A DNA stretch of 62,463 nucleotides, the filler included, from Craspedostauros australis (Eukaryota), in NCBI GenBank assembly GCA_030167865.1. It is 10 parts of 10 records of this genome, joined end to end, with 100 filler letters (N's around TTAATTAATTAA, not from the genome) between each part and the next. Parts side by side here need not be neighbours in the genome. Positions count along the whole stretch, not along the records: positions 17,623 to 21,528 come from JALAGF010006615.1; positions 21,629 to 23,057 come from JALAGF010006617.1; positions 23,158 to 27,146 come from JALAGF010006618.1; positions 27,247 to 31,476 come from JALAGF010006619.1; 6 more parts are not named here. The stretch is one strand, 5' to 3'. Under the pieces are notes generated by a model. The model was not told the origin of the DNA, searched no databases, and saw nothing but the letters and a program-made list of their open reading frames with translations. Of this stretch, positions 18,978-31,355 are shown in pieces; within the stretch, counting starts at the first letter, position 1; every line of letters starts with the position of its first letter. The position numbers were made by a program, and so were the translations under genes.

Positions 18978-20590
18978 TCCAGGATGTGTTGCGGCGATGC
19001 AATGGCGCAATCTCGTGGGACGATGTTGCACGCGAACTAGCAGGAAGGGACAACGTCCAATGCGTTTGCGCAGAAACCATTCGAACATACGTGATGGGAT
19101 TGGAGGGCAGCGAATACCGTTCTACAACAATGCTCCCCAAGATCCAGGGCGACATCAAGGTGAAGCGCAACATCTGGGCCAAGGACTTCTGTGTGTTCTG
19201 GGAATCAGTTGAGCTGTTCCCGAATACGCAAGTTGTTGTCCACATGGACGAGAAGTGGTTCTACTCTATTGTCGCTTGGCGCAACCTCAAACATGTGCCC
19301 CAAATGGGAGTTAAGCCTGTGAAGCATCCTGTGCACCACAAATGCCACATCGAAAAGACCATGGCGATTGCATCAACAGCGTTCGCTCCAACAGACAACT
19401 GCTTTGGGCAAGGAGGAAAGGCGTATCAGGTCAGCTTCGAACGTGTTGGGTGCATGGTCCGAGCGCAGAAGACCACGTACAAGCGAACTTGGGTCTCGCC
19501 AACCAAGTACAAGCACCTTCCTGATCCCAACAAAATCTCTTGCAAGAAGGGTGAACTGTACTTTCAACCACTGGAGATGATGGGCAGCAAGGAATCAGTT
19601 GGTGCGCCTGATAAGCCCAAGCCAAAATACAGCCTCAAGAAATTCTTCTGCGAAAAAGAAATCCCCGCACTGGATTCGCTCGCCAGCAAAATCAAGGCCG
19701 AAACGGGCAAGAACGTGGTGATTCGGTACCAGATGGATGGCGCGGGGCCACACAGAGACATGGAACTGCTCAGGTTCATCAACGAGGAGTTTGACAGTCG
19801 CGGATGGCACCTACGATTCCAACCATCGAATTCTCCCATCACGAATGTGAAAGACGATGCAATATTCCCAGCGATGTCGAAACATGTGTCAGCACATCAA
19901 GGTAAGTACCACAGGAGCCGCATGTTCACCACTGATGCGTTGTGGGGCGCTTGTGGAACCTGTTGGGAGCAATTTGGGCTGGACAAGGTGGCTCGCGCGT
20001 ATGTTCGCCACCATCAGATTGCCTACGCAATTTGTGCTGCGGAAGGAGGTGACGAATTTGTGACAGAGCGCAAGGGCCTGAGCATGAATGTGCGGAAACA
20101 ATCGTTCACCAAAACTGACAAGGATGGCAACAAGATTGGCGTTACCGTGTCTCACATGGACTTCGTGTTGGAGGAGGATGAGGCAACCAACAATACTGCC
20201 AAGAAACCAGCTGCAACAGGCAAGAAAGACGAATCAGCTGGCTTCAAATATGCCAAGCCCGACATCGAAGGTATGTACAATGATGCCCTCAAGGTGATGG
20301 CTGTCAGTGGTCTGCAATGCCTTAAAACGAACCTGCCAACAACCAGCAGCCTCATTCCGTTGCTGGAGAAGCAAATCGTCGCAACCACCAGAGCCAATGA
20401 GGAGGCTGAGCAACAGAAGAAAGGCAAGAAGAAGAAGACGCCCAGCAAGAGCAAAGCCAAGATCATTGAGCCTCACAACAACAACACCGAGGCAGCACCC
20501 ACCATGAACACATTCGAAGTGGCCTGTCTGAGTGGCAAAACCGAGCATCGCAGCAAAGCAGAGCAGGATGCCAACACAGCAGAGATGTAA
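18978..20590 (+). CDS. Tc1/mariner transposase, plant-mariner (DD39D)-like, here DD38D; 5' end cut by LTR insertion
   Basis: VHMDEKWFY, YQMDGAGPH and FQPSNSPITNVKD motifs; 38 residues between the 2nd and 3rd Asp; frame open from the LTR junction. Confidence 0.85.
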
Positions 20591-20779
20591 CTGCAAATTG
20601 TATTAGTAGTAGTATATGTTATAGGCACACCTGTGATTGGAGTGCCTATGTGTGCATCGTCTGCTTGATGGCATGGAGGATTGTGATGTGTGGTGTGTGG
20701 TGTGATGTGATGTGATGTGTTGTGTTGTGTTGTGTTTGAGTTTTTTTTGTGACGAGGACTGTTATTTTTGTGTCGCGGT

Positions 20780-20945
20780 TGGTGCACGTCGCCACACGAT
20801 CGGTGCGTTGTGTTGCGGAGCCGTCACGTTGTGTTGTGGCACGGTCCGCGTGTGTTGTTGCACGGTCCGCGTGTGTTGCGGCGCGATTGGTGTGTGCTGC
20901 GCAGCCATCACATTGTGCCGCGGAACAAGGGCCACGTGCTGCGAG
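20780..20945 (+). repeat. Degenerate 21-bp tandem repeat
   Basis: CACGGTCCGCGTGTGTTGYKG-like units. Confidence 0.6.
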
Positions 20946-21408
20946 ACGCACTCACATCTTGTGTTGTGAGTGGTTTCGCATGACGTCGAATCCGTCCTGT
21001 GACGTAGAAGACGGATCAGAGAGAGACAACACGAAATAGCTCTAAATGTACAATCGCCGTTGCTCCCAAAAGCAAGCAAACCAGTGGCGACAAGGGGCCA
21101 AAACTCTACAACTAGTGCTATCGTGACCCCATTCTGCATGTGGTGCAGCTGGTACCACCCATCCACAGACACCGGCCCAACCGGTTTGGTGTCTTGAGTC
21201 GTGCGAGGCCGACAGCGTCTGGAACACCCAACAATTTGTCCACATTTCTGGTCGAAATACAACCACAATATTGCCGGACAAGAAAAAGGACAAAACATGG
21301 CCTTTTATTGAATGTGTCAAAATTGCGTTAGAACTCATGACTAATTCGATCAAGAGTCCGAAACCTGTATTCTGTTAGCGGACATATACGGACAGACTCG
21401 ACCCATTC

Positions 21409-21503
21409 GGACACGTACGGACAAATCCGGACAGATCTGGACAAATCTGGACAAATCTGGACAAATCCGGACAAATCTGGACAAATCTGGACAAATCCGG
21501 ACA
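21409..21503 (+). repeat. 10-bp tandem repeat (GGACAAATCY)
   Basis: About 9 consecutive units. Confidence 0.9.
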
Positions 21504-21628
21504 GCACTGGAACACAAGAGATTACTCANNNNNNNNNNNNNNNNNNNNNNNNNNNNNNNNNNNNNNNNNNNNTTAATTAATTAANNNNNNNNNNNNNNNN
21601 NNNNNNNNNNNNNNNNNNNNNNNNNNNN

Positions 21629-21886
21629 CGTACCGTCGTTGGTGGCCTTCTTCGCGCGATTCCTCTTCACAGAGTTCCGGAGGTTCCGAAGGTTGCGTGG
21701 AAAATTGCGCTTCGACAAGAACCGCAACTCCGAGTTTTCCTCCCAAACGACTCTTGGCGGTGTTGTCATGGGGATCGCCCCGCTCTCGATCTTCGCCCGC
21801 AGGTCACGGATCTGCGAATACAGTCGCTCGTTCCATTCGGCTCCATCGCCGTCATCCAGCTTCGCGACACCGGCCTTCCTCGGCAT
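21629..21886 (-). CDS. Hypothetical basic protein, N-terminal fragment (possibly transposon-associated)
   Basis: ATG-started ORF running into a gap; plausible coding composition; no function recognised. Confidence 0.4.
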
Positions 21887-22540
21887 GTTTGACTGTTACT
21901 TACTGGCGAATGGTGGGGGAGCGTTTGAGACAGTTATGCGAATGCTATCTGGATGCGTTTTATGAAACGAAGAGTGTTGCTGCATTCCGAGGCTTCCTCC
22001 TGTGTTCGTTTTCATCATGTGGTGATCAACAAGCTTGTCATGCACAGCATCCGCACTATCCATCACCGTGTTGCAGCGTGATCATCCCATGTGGAGCTAC
22101 TCCCCTCCACCAGCGTCCAACGCATGCTACAAGCCTAGTCGATCCCGCGTTCGAGGAGGAATGATTATATATTATAAAAGGAATAGATATATTATAACAA
22201 TATGTACATGTCTAAGTGTACGTTACATAAATATACACCTTTGAAGATGAGTGTATATACAATACTAGGCTAGACCCAACGCACAACGTACGGTTGGGGA
22301 CGGCTCCTATGAGTCGAAATTTTGGGATACACATGGTTCTCTTTGCCTGCGCCACACTCGCTCGGAGCATGCACGTGTCACTATCACTTTGACGCTTTGG
22401 CTCTTCACCATGTGCTTCGATCCGTTGAGACAATGATGTGAGGTTCGCGTGCTTGTCACCATGAGCCTCTAAGTGGAATGTGTTTGGATAGACAACGACA
22501 CGACATGTATGTGCGACACGCATGAGACAGGATCAGCGTA

Positions 22541-23057
22541 GACGAGCAAACTTGGGGAATCGACGAGCAAACGAGGGGGAGTCGACGAGCAAACGAGGCG
22601 CGTCCGACGAGCAAACGAGGGGAATCGACGAGCAAACGAGGGGAATCGACGAGCAAACGAGGGGAATCGACGAGCAAACTTGGGGAATCGACGAGCAAAG
22701 GACACTAAATCAGCCCAAAATACCGCGGATTTGGCACTGCGACATGGGGGTGATAGTTGATCAAGCTAATGCATCGGGTATAGTTGTCTTTTTACCTGCA
22801 GTATGATGCAGAAATGAAAAATTGATAAGACAGATGAGACATGCAGCTTGTGTTGTTCAGCTTAAGTGGTTGATGTTGATTGAAAGCTGCGTTCGGAAAC
22901 ACAATTGACATGAGAGTTTTGCATCGCAACCTTGTCATCTACGATACTGCGACATGTTGCTGTAAATGATTTTGTCGTATGGGACGTGTCGAAAGTACAG
23001 AAATAGTCCACACTTGAGGGGAATCGACGAGCAAACTTGGGGAATCGACGAGCAAAC
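22541..23057 (+). repeat. 21-bp tandem repeats GACGAGCAAAC(G/T)(A/T)GGGGAATC in two blocks (22541-22698, ~23016-23057)
   Basis: About 7.5 units plus 2 units before the gap. Confidence 0.9.
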
Positions 23058-23429
23058 NNNNNNNNNNNNNNNNNNNNNNNNNNNNNNNNNNNNNNNNNNN
23101 NTTAATTAATTAANNNNNNNNNNNNNNNNNNNNNNNNNNNNNNNNNNNNNNNNNNNNGAGAGGTCCAAGGATAAGCTCAAGATGATTTCATTCCTCCAAA
23201 TTGATCAGTGCAGTGCAGATATAGGCCGGTTTGACCCACAGCGGCGTTCGACGATCGGTGTCATCGTGTGTACGAGGAACATGAAGGTTTCAACCCCTTA
23301 CGCAAGTAAAGAAAGCGTACAAACCCACGGAATATGCCGATGGAAAGGCCTTGGATGGGTCCCAATCGGTTGCATGCCTTCGGACTGGTCATTCCCATGC
23401 ATGAGTAGCAAAATCGCGAAACACCGAGG

Positions 23430-26400
23430 AGCTGAATATTCACCGTTGCATGCATGACCAAATTGGACCGGAGTGACCCCTAAATATACATTGGCGACCT
23501 ATAACCACTCAGAGCGCACCCATCAGGGACCACACCATGGCCCACCAGCGTTGGCTTGCTTGAGGATCGATGATTTGTGTGCACTTCTGCCCAGAACACG
23601 ATATTCAGTGTTGCTGAATATTCAGCTTCATGTGTGTGACGAAATTTGACCGGAGGCACGCTTAAATATGCAATCACGGCCTATAACCACTTGGAACGCA
23701 CCCATGGGGGACCATACCATGGCCCACCATCGTTGGTTTGCTCGCGAATTGATCATTCCTATGTACATCTGGCCAGAACACGATATTCAGTGGCGCTGAA
23801 TATTCACTGTCATATGAATCACGAAATTGGACGGAGTGACCCCCTAAATATGCAATCACGGCCTATAACCACTCGGAACGCACCCATTGGGGACCATACC
23901 ATGGCCCACCATTGTTGGTTTGCTCGCGCATTGATCATTTGTATGCACTTATGGCCAGAACACGATATTCAGTGGCGCTGAATATTCACCATCATATGAA
24001 TCACCAAATTGGACGGAGAGACCTCTAAGTATGCATTGGCGACCAATAACCACTCGGAACGCACCCATTGGGGACCATACCATGGCCCACCATTGTTGGT
24101 TTGCTCGCGCATTGATCATTCCTATGCACTTATGGCCAGAACACGATATTCAGTGGTGCTGAATATTCACTGTCATATGAATCACCAAATTGGACGGAGT
24201 GACCTCTAAATATACGATTATGGCCTATAACCACTTGGAACGCACCCATTGGGGACCGTACCATGGCCCACCATCGTTGGTTTGCTCGTGCATTGATCAT
24301 TCCTATGTACATCTAGCCAGAACACGATATTCAGTGGCGCTGAATATTCACCATCATATGAATCACCAAATTGGACGGAGTGACCTCTAAATATGCAATG
24401 ACGGCCTATAACCACTCGGAACGCACCCATTGGGGACCATACCATCGCTCACCATCGTTGGTTTGCTCGCGCATTGATCATTCCTATGCACTTCTGGCCA
24501 GAACACGATATTCAGTGGCGCTGAATATTCACTGTCATATGAATCACCAAATTGGACCGGAGGACCCCTAAATATGCATTGGCGACCTATAACCACTCGG
24601 AACGCACCCATTGGGGACCATACCATCGTCCCCCATCGTTGGTTTGCTCGTGCATTGATCATTCCTATGTACATCTAGCCAGAACACGATATTCAGTGGC
24701 GCTGAATATTCACTGTCATATGAATCACCAAATTGNNNNNNNNNNNNNNNNNNNNNNNNNNNNNNNNNNNNNNNNNNNNNNNNNNATATGCATTGGCGAC
24801 CTATAACCACTCGGAACGCACCCATTGGGGACCATACCATCGTCCCCCATCGTTGGTTTGCTCGTGCATCGATCATTCCTATGTACATCTAGCCAGAACA
24901 CGATATTCAGTGGCGCTGAATATTCACTGTCATATGAATCACCAAATTGGACGGAGTGACCCCCTAAATATGCAATGACGGCCTATAACCACTCGGAACG
25001 CACCCATTGGGGACCATACCATGGCCCACCATTGTTGGTTTGCTCGCGCATTGATCATTCCTATGTACATCTAGCCAGAACACGATATTCAGTGGCGCTG
25101 AATATTCACTGTCATATGAATCACCAAATTGGACCGGAGGACCCCTAAATATGCAATGACGGCCTATAACCACTCGGAACGCACCTATCGGGGACCATAC
25201 CATGGCCCACCATCGTTGGTTTGCTCGCGCATTGATCATTCCTATGTACATCTGGCCAGAACACGATATTCAGTGGCGCTGAATATTCACTGTCATATGA
25301 ATCACGAAATTGGACGGAGTGACCTCTAAATATGCAATCACGGCCTATAACCACTCGGAACGCACCCATGGGGGACCATACCATGGCCCACCATCGTTGG
25401 TTTGCTCGCGCATTGATCATTCCTATGTACATCTAGCCAGAACACGATATTCAGTGGCGCTGAATATTCACTGTCATATGAATCACCAAATTGGACGGAG
25501 AGACCCCTAAATATGCATTGGCGACCAATAACCACTCGGAACGCACCCATTGGGGATCATACCATGGCCCACCATCGTTGGTTTGCTCGCGCATTGATCA
25601 TTCCTATGCACTTATGGCCAGAACACGATATACAGTGGTGCTGAATATTCACTGTCATATGAATCACCAAGTTTGACCGCAGAACCTCTAAATATGCAAT
25701 GACGGCCTATAACCACTCGGAACGCACCTATCGGGGACCATACCATGGCCCACCATTGTTGGTTTGCTCGCGCATTGATCATTTGTATGCACTTCTGGCC
25801 AGAACACGATATTCAGTGGCGCTGAATATTCACTGTCANNNNNNNNNNNNNNNNNNNNNNNNNNNNNNNNNNNNNNNNNNNNNNNNNNNNNNNNNNNNNN
25901 NNNNNNNNNNNNNNNNNNNNNNNNNNNNNNNNNNNNNNNNNNNNNNNNNNNNNNNNNNNNNNNNNNNNNNNNNNNNNNNNNNNNNNNNNNNNNNNNNNNN
26001 NNNNNNNNNNNNNNNNNNNNNNNNNNNNNNNNNNNNNNNNNNNNNNNNNNNNNNNNNNNNNNNNNNNNNNNTAAATATGTAATGACGGTCTATAACCACT
26101 CGGAACGCACCCATTGGGGACCATACCATGGCCCACCATCGTTGGTTTGCTCGCGGATCGATCATTCCTATGTACATCTAGCCAGAACACGATATTCAGT
26201 GGCGCTGAATATTCACCATCATATGAATCACCAAATTTGACCGGAGGGACCTCTAAATATGCAATGACGGCCTATAACCACTCGGAACGCACCCATTGGG
26301 GACCATACCATCGTCCCCCATCGTTGGTTTGCTCGCGCATTGATCATTCCTATGTACATCTGGCCAGAACACGATATTCAGTGGCGCTGAATATTCACTG

Positions 26401-26633
26401 TCATATGAATCACCAAATTGGACGGAGTGACCCCCTAAATATGCAATGACGGCCTATAACCACTCGGAACGCACCCATTGGGGACCACACCATGGCCCAC
26501 CATCGTTGGTTTGCTCGCGGATCGATCATTCCTATGTACATCTGGCCAGAACACGATATACAGTGGTGCTGAATATTCACTGTCATATGAATCACGAAAT
26601 TTGACCGGAGGATCCTTTAAATATGCAATGACG
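23430..26633 (+). repeat. 181-182-bp tandem satellite, ~17 units including gaps
   Basis: CGATATTCAG recurs at 23781, 23963, 24144, 24325, 24506, 24687 etc.; the first unit is more diverged. Confidence 0.97.
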
Positions 26634-26893
26634 ACCACCCCCACTGTATCCCAGATGGATTTGTTTACAGCGAGCACCTGGGACACCCGGCAAGTGCATC
26701 AAATACTTCAGTTTACGACTAGTACGACTTGATAGTGGTTTTTGTCATTTGTTGTGATTCTTTGTTGTTTGTGAGATGTTGACAAAGCAAATGTCGCAGC
26801 GACGTCTTCGTTTGATTCATTGATATTACTACTTTATCAGTCGGTGTTACTCGGACAAATTTAGTCATTGCTTCCGTTTGGTTGAAGTGTCAT

Positions 26894-27126
26894 CGAGTCC
26901 CGTCGAACCTGCTTCCTTTTGCATTTAATGCATTTGCAGTGCATTTAATGCACTTGGGGTTCAAAAAATGCATTTGAAGTGCATTAAATGCAAATGGAGT
27001 GCATTAAATGCATTTGTAGTGCATTAAATGCAATTGGGGTGCATTAAATGCATTTGGAGTCAAAAAAATGCACTTGAAGTGCATTAAATGCACTTCATCG
27101 GTTTTGCTGTGAACAATTCGTGAATG
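26894..27126 (+). repeat. Cassette copy 3 with 20-bp GCATTWAATGC repeats in both orientations
   Basis: CGAGTCCCGT start and TCGTGAATG end; GCATTTAATGC x2, then its reverse complement GCATTAAATGC repeated. Confidence 0.7.
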
Positions 27127-27532
27127 GATCCTCCTGGCATCAACTCNNNNNNNNNNNNNNNNNNNNNNNNNNNNNNNNNNNNNNNNNNNNTTAATTAATT
27201 AANNNNNNNNNNNNNNNNNNNNNNNNNNNNNNNNNNNNNNNNNNNNGGTGGAATACATCCTCTTCTGTCAATGCCGCAATGTGTCGCCCCCCGGTTGAGC
27301 CCCTGTGGGGGTTGCGTTTCGAATTCAGATGCTTTCGCAGGGTCTTGCCTGACGCTGCCTCGCGGGATGCAGCAGCGGAGTCCGCGTATGCAAACTCCAA
27401 CTTCAGCTCCTACAGATTTTGTAGCACGATTCCATAGGATTGAAGTAGATCAGGTTTGAATTGTGTGGACATCGATCTTATGGTGTTAGCGGTTGCATCA
27501 CCTGATGGTAGGAGGAGGTGGGTTCGAGAGGA

Positions 27533-30500
27533 TCAGAGGAGAAAAGCAAGAACAGTTTGAGTGAGCACCGCGAATCGACTTTTGAAATTCATGGCAGGAG
27601 CTCCATCCATTTCATGCTTGAACGTACCAATTACAATCATTGCACCTGTCACCCCAAAGACGAAGGCATGACAAAGCAGTTGAATCATCTCTGATTTCTT
27701 TTCGAACAATGCCCTCCATTTGTTGTCTTGGAGATCCACGAACACATGACTCTTTCCCTCCGTCCCATGCTCCCAATCGGCCTTCCGCTGGTGCCGTCTT
27801 TCAAGATCTTCTGTGTCTGTCGTTGCCCGAGTCTTGATCTCCACAACAAAGGCTTCATCGTCGCTGTCGTCCTCTGGATCACCGACGATTGCAAGGAAGT
27901 CGACGGAGGCGCAGGCGTACGGTGCATCAGTGTTTCGCACCACCCCCACTTGGTACGTTGCCTTCACTTGCCTTCCCTCGCCGCCCACTCCAACACAGTG
28001 GAGGGCCTGCTTCATGAGGGGAGCTTCGTTTTTGTGGCCTAGCTTGGCGAGCTTTCCGGCCTTGCCCCGAACCGACTTCATGAACCACGATTGTAACATG
28101 AGAGTTGTGAGGTCGTGGTCAAGCTTGTGCATCCACTCTGAAGTGGTGCTTCCCGCCTGGAAACTGGATGGATGGTCAGGCTCCTGCTCGATCTCCTTCA
28201 TCACCAGGGCAACCAATCTCTCCACAACCTTCTCTCGTGGCATTTTTGTTACATTGGTTTTGGGGAGACGAGCCTTGAGGTCTTTCTTGAGGGAGGCGTC
28301 GCTGATGGCCACGAATCGCCGTCGAACCTTGGCGTCATCAGCGAGGATGGTGCGGAGCATTTTGCATCGTGTGGCTCTGGTTCGCTGGGCCTTGCTGCGG
28401 TAAAACATAGCCATGAGTTCGATGAACTCTTTGTCAGGGAAGGCATCCTCTTCAGGGGCATCATCGCGGAGAGAGGAGAGAAGTGCAATTTCAACATGAC
28501 GGGAATCGAAGGTGGGAGATGGGAGTTGGGAGTATAACTCAAGTGCGCGCAATCTCGCTTTTTCTGCTTGCAACGCATTGTGGTACTTCGCCTTCCGACC
28601 AAGCACGTCATATCCCAAGTAGCGGCCAATGCACTCCCATGCAGTTTGATTGAATATGGTGGCATTGTCGGTGTTGCACCACTCTCCACTTTCAAGCACC
28701 TTCTGTATCATGCTGTAGGTGGAGGTGCTCGTGAACGCAAAGCGGCAGTGGACGAACCACAGATGGTCACCCTGGCCACAGGTGAGTCCATCCACAGGCA
28801 GATCCCACACCATATCTGCCCAACGCTGTTTNNNNNNNNNNNNNNNNNNNNNNNNNNNNNNNNNNNNNNNNNNNNNNNNNNNNNNNNNNNNNNNNNNNNN
28901 NNNNNACGAGCGTGTTGGATTGACAGTGCATGTTTGGAAGAAGTGTGGGTAGTGTGGGGATCTTCGATTGTTCCCATGCTTGTCCTCCACCATGTCTTGG
29001 TACTTTTGTTGGTCACTGGCGTTGGTGAGGGTGAGGTCCCACTCGAAGCCACTCGATCTTGTGGAGAGTGCAAGTTCAGTTTGTTCGTTGAGGCGGTATC
29101 CATAGCATGTCAATTGTTGTTTGCCAATGCTGTTGGTGACAGCGCTATGCACCATCCTTGGCCCCTTCCTCCCAATATTCATCTGGAGTGTACCCTTGCC
29201 AATGGATGGGCCNAAGGTGAATGGTAGGTATCCGGCTCGCATGTGTGTACCCTCCAGATTGGCACCCCTGGTAGTGAGGAAGGCGGTAGTGCTGTGGCAG
29301 TTGTATCCTCAATCTGTCATGAGGGTTAGATTTCGAAAAGAACCATCTGGTTCTTTTAGTTGGGTGAACAACCAATAGGTGTCATCATCGAACCCATCTC
29401 GGCAAGCAGCCAACCCCACAACAAGTCCAGAAGCAGACTGGACAAGAGTGTTCAGGGTTAATCTGAAGGAANNNNNNNNNNNNNNNNNNNNNNNNNNNNN
29501 NNNNNNNNNNNNNNNNNNNNNNAATGGAGATGCCACCCCTCTGCAACAAAACACACAATGCTGTTCGTCACTTACCCATTACGATTTGCATGAGTATGTC
29601 TCATGCCAAGCAGATAGCTGCTCTCCGCACGGCTGCTGCAATGGACCTTGTCATCATCCAATGTGACAATCCGATTCGGGCAACGATGCCGAAGACAAAG
29701 AATCTCAAGCGTCAAGTTGAAAGAACTTTCCAATTCGGTCCAAACAAAGCGATGACCATTCCAAGAGACAGGGTGTCCATTGCGTCGAATACGATCCCAG
29801 AGATTGACGTAATGCTGTCTGGTGGGAAAGCTGGGAAGCGTGGCAGCGTTGCCGCCATCGTAGAGCCGACAAACGGTGCAGCTTTCCACCATCTGTGATG
29901 TGATGGCATAGAGGAACTCCACGTACTCAGCATATGAGAAACCCAGCCCACTTGGGCCAAATGCACGGATGAAAATGGGAGATGTGGGGCCCAGCACATC
30001 GTGGATCAAGTCATGGGGTGTTGGCACGTATGGTGGAGACCCAGGAGGACTCTTGGGGAAGTGCTGCAAGACAGCTGTTCGCAGTGAACGAATCTCTTCC
30101 TTTGCATGGAGAAGAGCAAGCTTGTGTGCTTCTCCAACAGTCACTTTTGTTGCATGGTCGTAGGCCGAGAGCACCTTCCACTCCACAGAGATCTCCCGAC
30201 TCCCTTTCTTGGGAGGGAGGACGATGCGATGGCTGTAGCCAGGAATCGAGCACGGTTGGACTCCAAAATCGCCAACAGGATCTGGAAGCACCATTGTAGG
30301 CACCGCACCCTCATCATCACTGTTGACACAGATGCCATCTCCTTCTTCATGGGTGTGTTTGCCTGCATCACCCATTCCATCATCCAAAACTTGTCCAAAG
30401 GGATGAAGCTGCTGGGATGGAGAGANNNNNNNNNNNNNNNNNNNNNNNNNNNNNNNNNNNNNNNNNNNNNNNNNNAATGGACCTTGTCATCATCCAATGT

Positions 30501-31355
30501 GACAATCCGATTCGGGCAACGATGCCGAAGACAAAGAATCTCAAGCGTCAAGTTGAAAGCACTTTCCAATTCGGTCCAAACAAAGCGATGACCATTCCGA
30601 GAGACAGGGTTTCCATTGCGTCGAATACGATCCCAGAGATTGACGTAGTGCTGTCTGGCAGGAAAGCTGGGAAGCGTGGTAGTGTTGCCGCCATCGTAGA
30701 GCCGACGAACGGTGCAGCCTTCCACCATCTGTGATGTGATGGCATAGAGGAACTCCATGTACTCAGNATATGAGAAACCCAGCCCNCTTGGGCCAAATGC
30801 ACGGATGAAAATGGGAGATGTGGGGCCCAGCACATCGTGGATCAAGTCATGGGGTGTTGGCACGTATGGTGGAGACCCAGGAGGACTCTTGGGGAAGCGT
30901 TGCAAGACGGCTGTTCGCAGTGAACGAATCTCTTCCTTTGCATGGAGGAGAGCGAGCTTGTGGGCTTCTCCAACAGTCACTTTTGTTGCATGCTCATAGG
31001 CCGAGAGCACCTTCCACTCCACAGAGATCTCCCTACTCCCCTTCTTCGGAGGGAGGACGATGCGATGGCTGTAGCCAGGAAGCGAGCACGGTTGGACTCC
31101 AAAATCGCTAACAGGATCTGGAGGCACCACTGTAGGCACCGCACCCTCGCCATCACTGTTGACACAGATGCCATCTCCTTCTTCTTCATGGGTGTGTTTG
31201 CCTGCATCACCCATTCCATCATCCAAAACTTGTCCAAAGGGATGAAGCTGCTCGGATGGAGAGACGTTGCCATGGCCGATTGTTGCAACTGGAGTGGAAG
31301 CTGTGGGCAAGTCATCATTGGCATTGGGAGCATTGGGCGGACGAGAAGATGCCAT
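27533..31355 (-). pseudogene. piggyBac-like DDD transposase fused to a YqaJ/lambda-exonuclease (PD-(D/E)xK) domain with a SAP-like insert; inactivated, N-terminal part duplicated
   Basis: VTLDDDK (~29650, ~30490); LMTD*GY (DRGY with stop, ~29310); GANLEGTHMR; TCGQGDHLW...FAFTST; GHKNE; ASVD; VVEIKTR; QLLCH. Confidence 0.7.

Noticed and set aside
22541..22698. CRISPR-like short repeats
   Set aside because: Head-to-tail units with no spacers.
23430..26633. CRISPR-like array or repeated small ORFs in the 181-bp repeat
   Set aside because: No unique spacers, no cas genes, eukaryotic context; the period is not a multiple of 3 and the ORFs are incidental.
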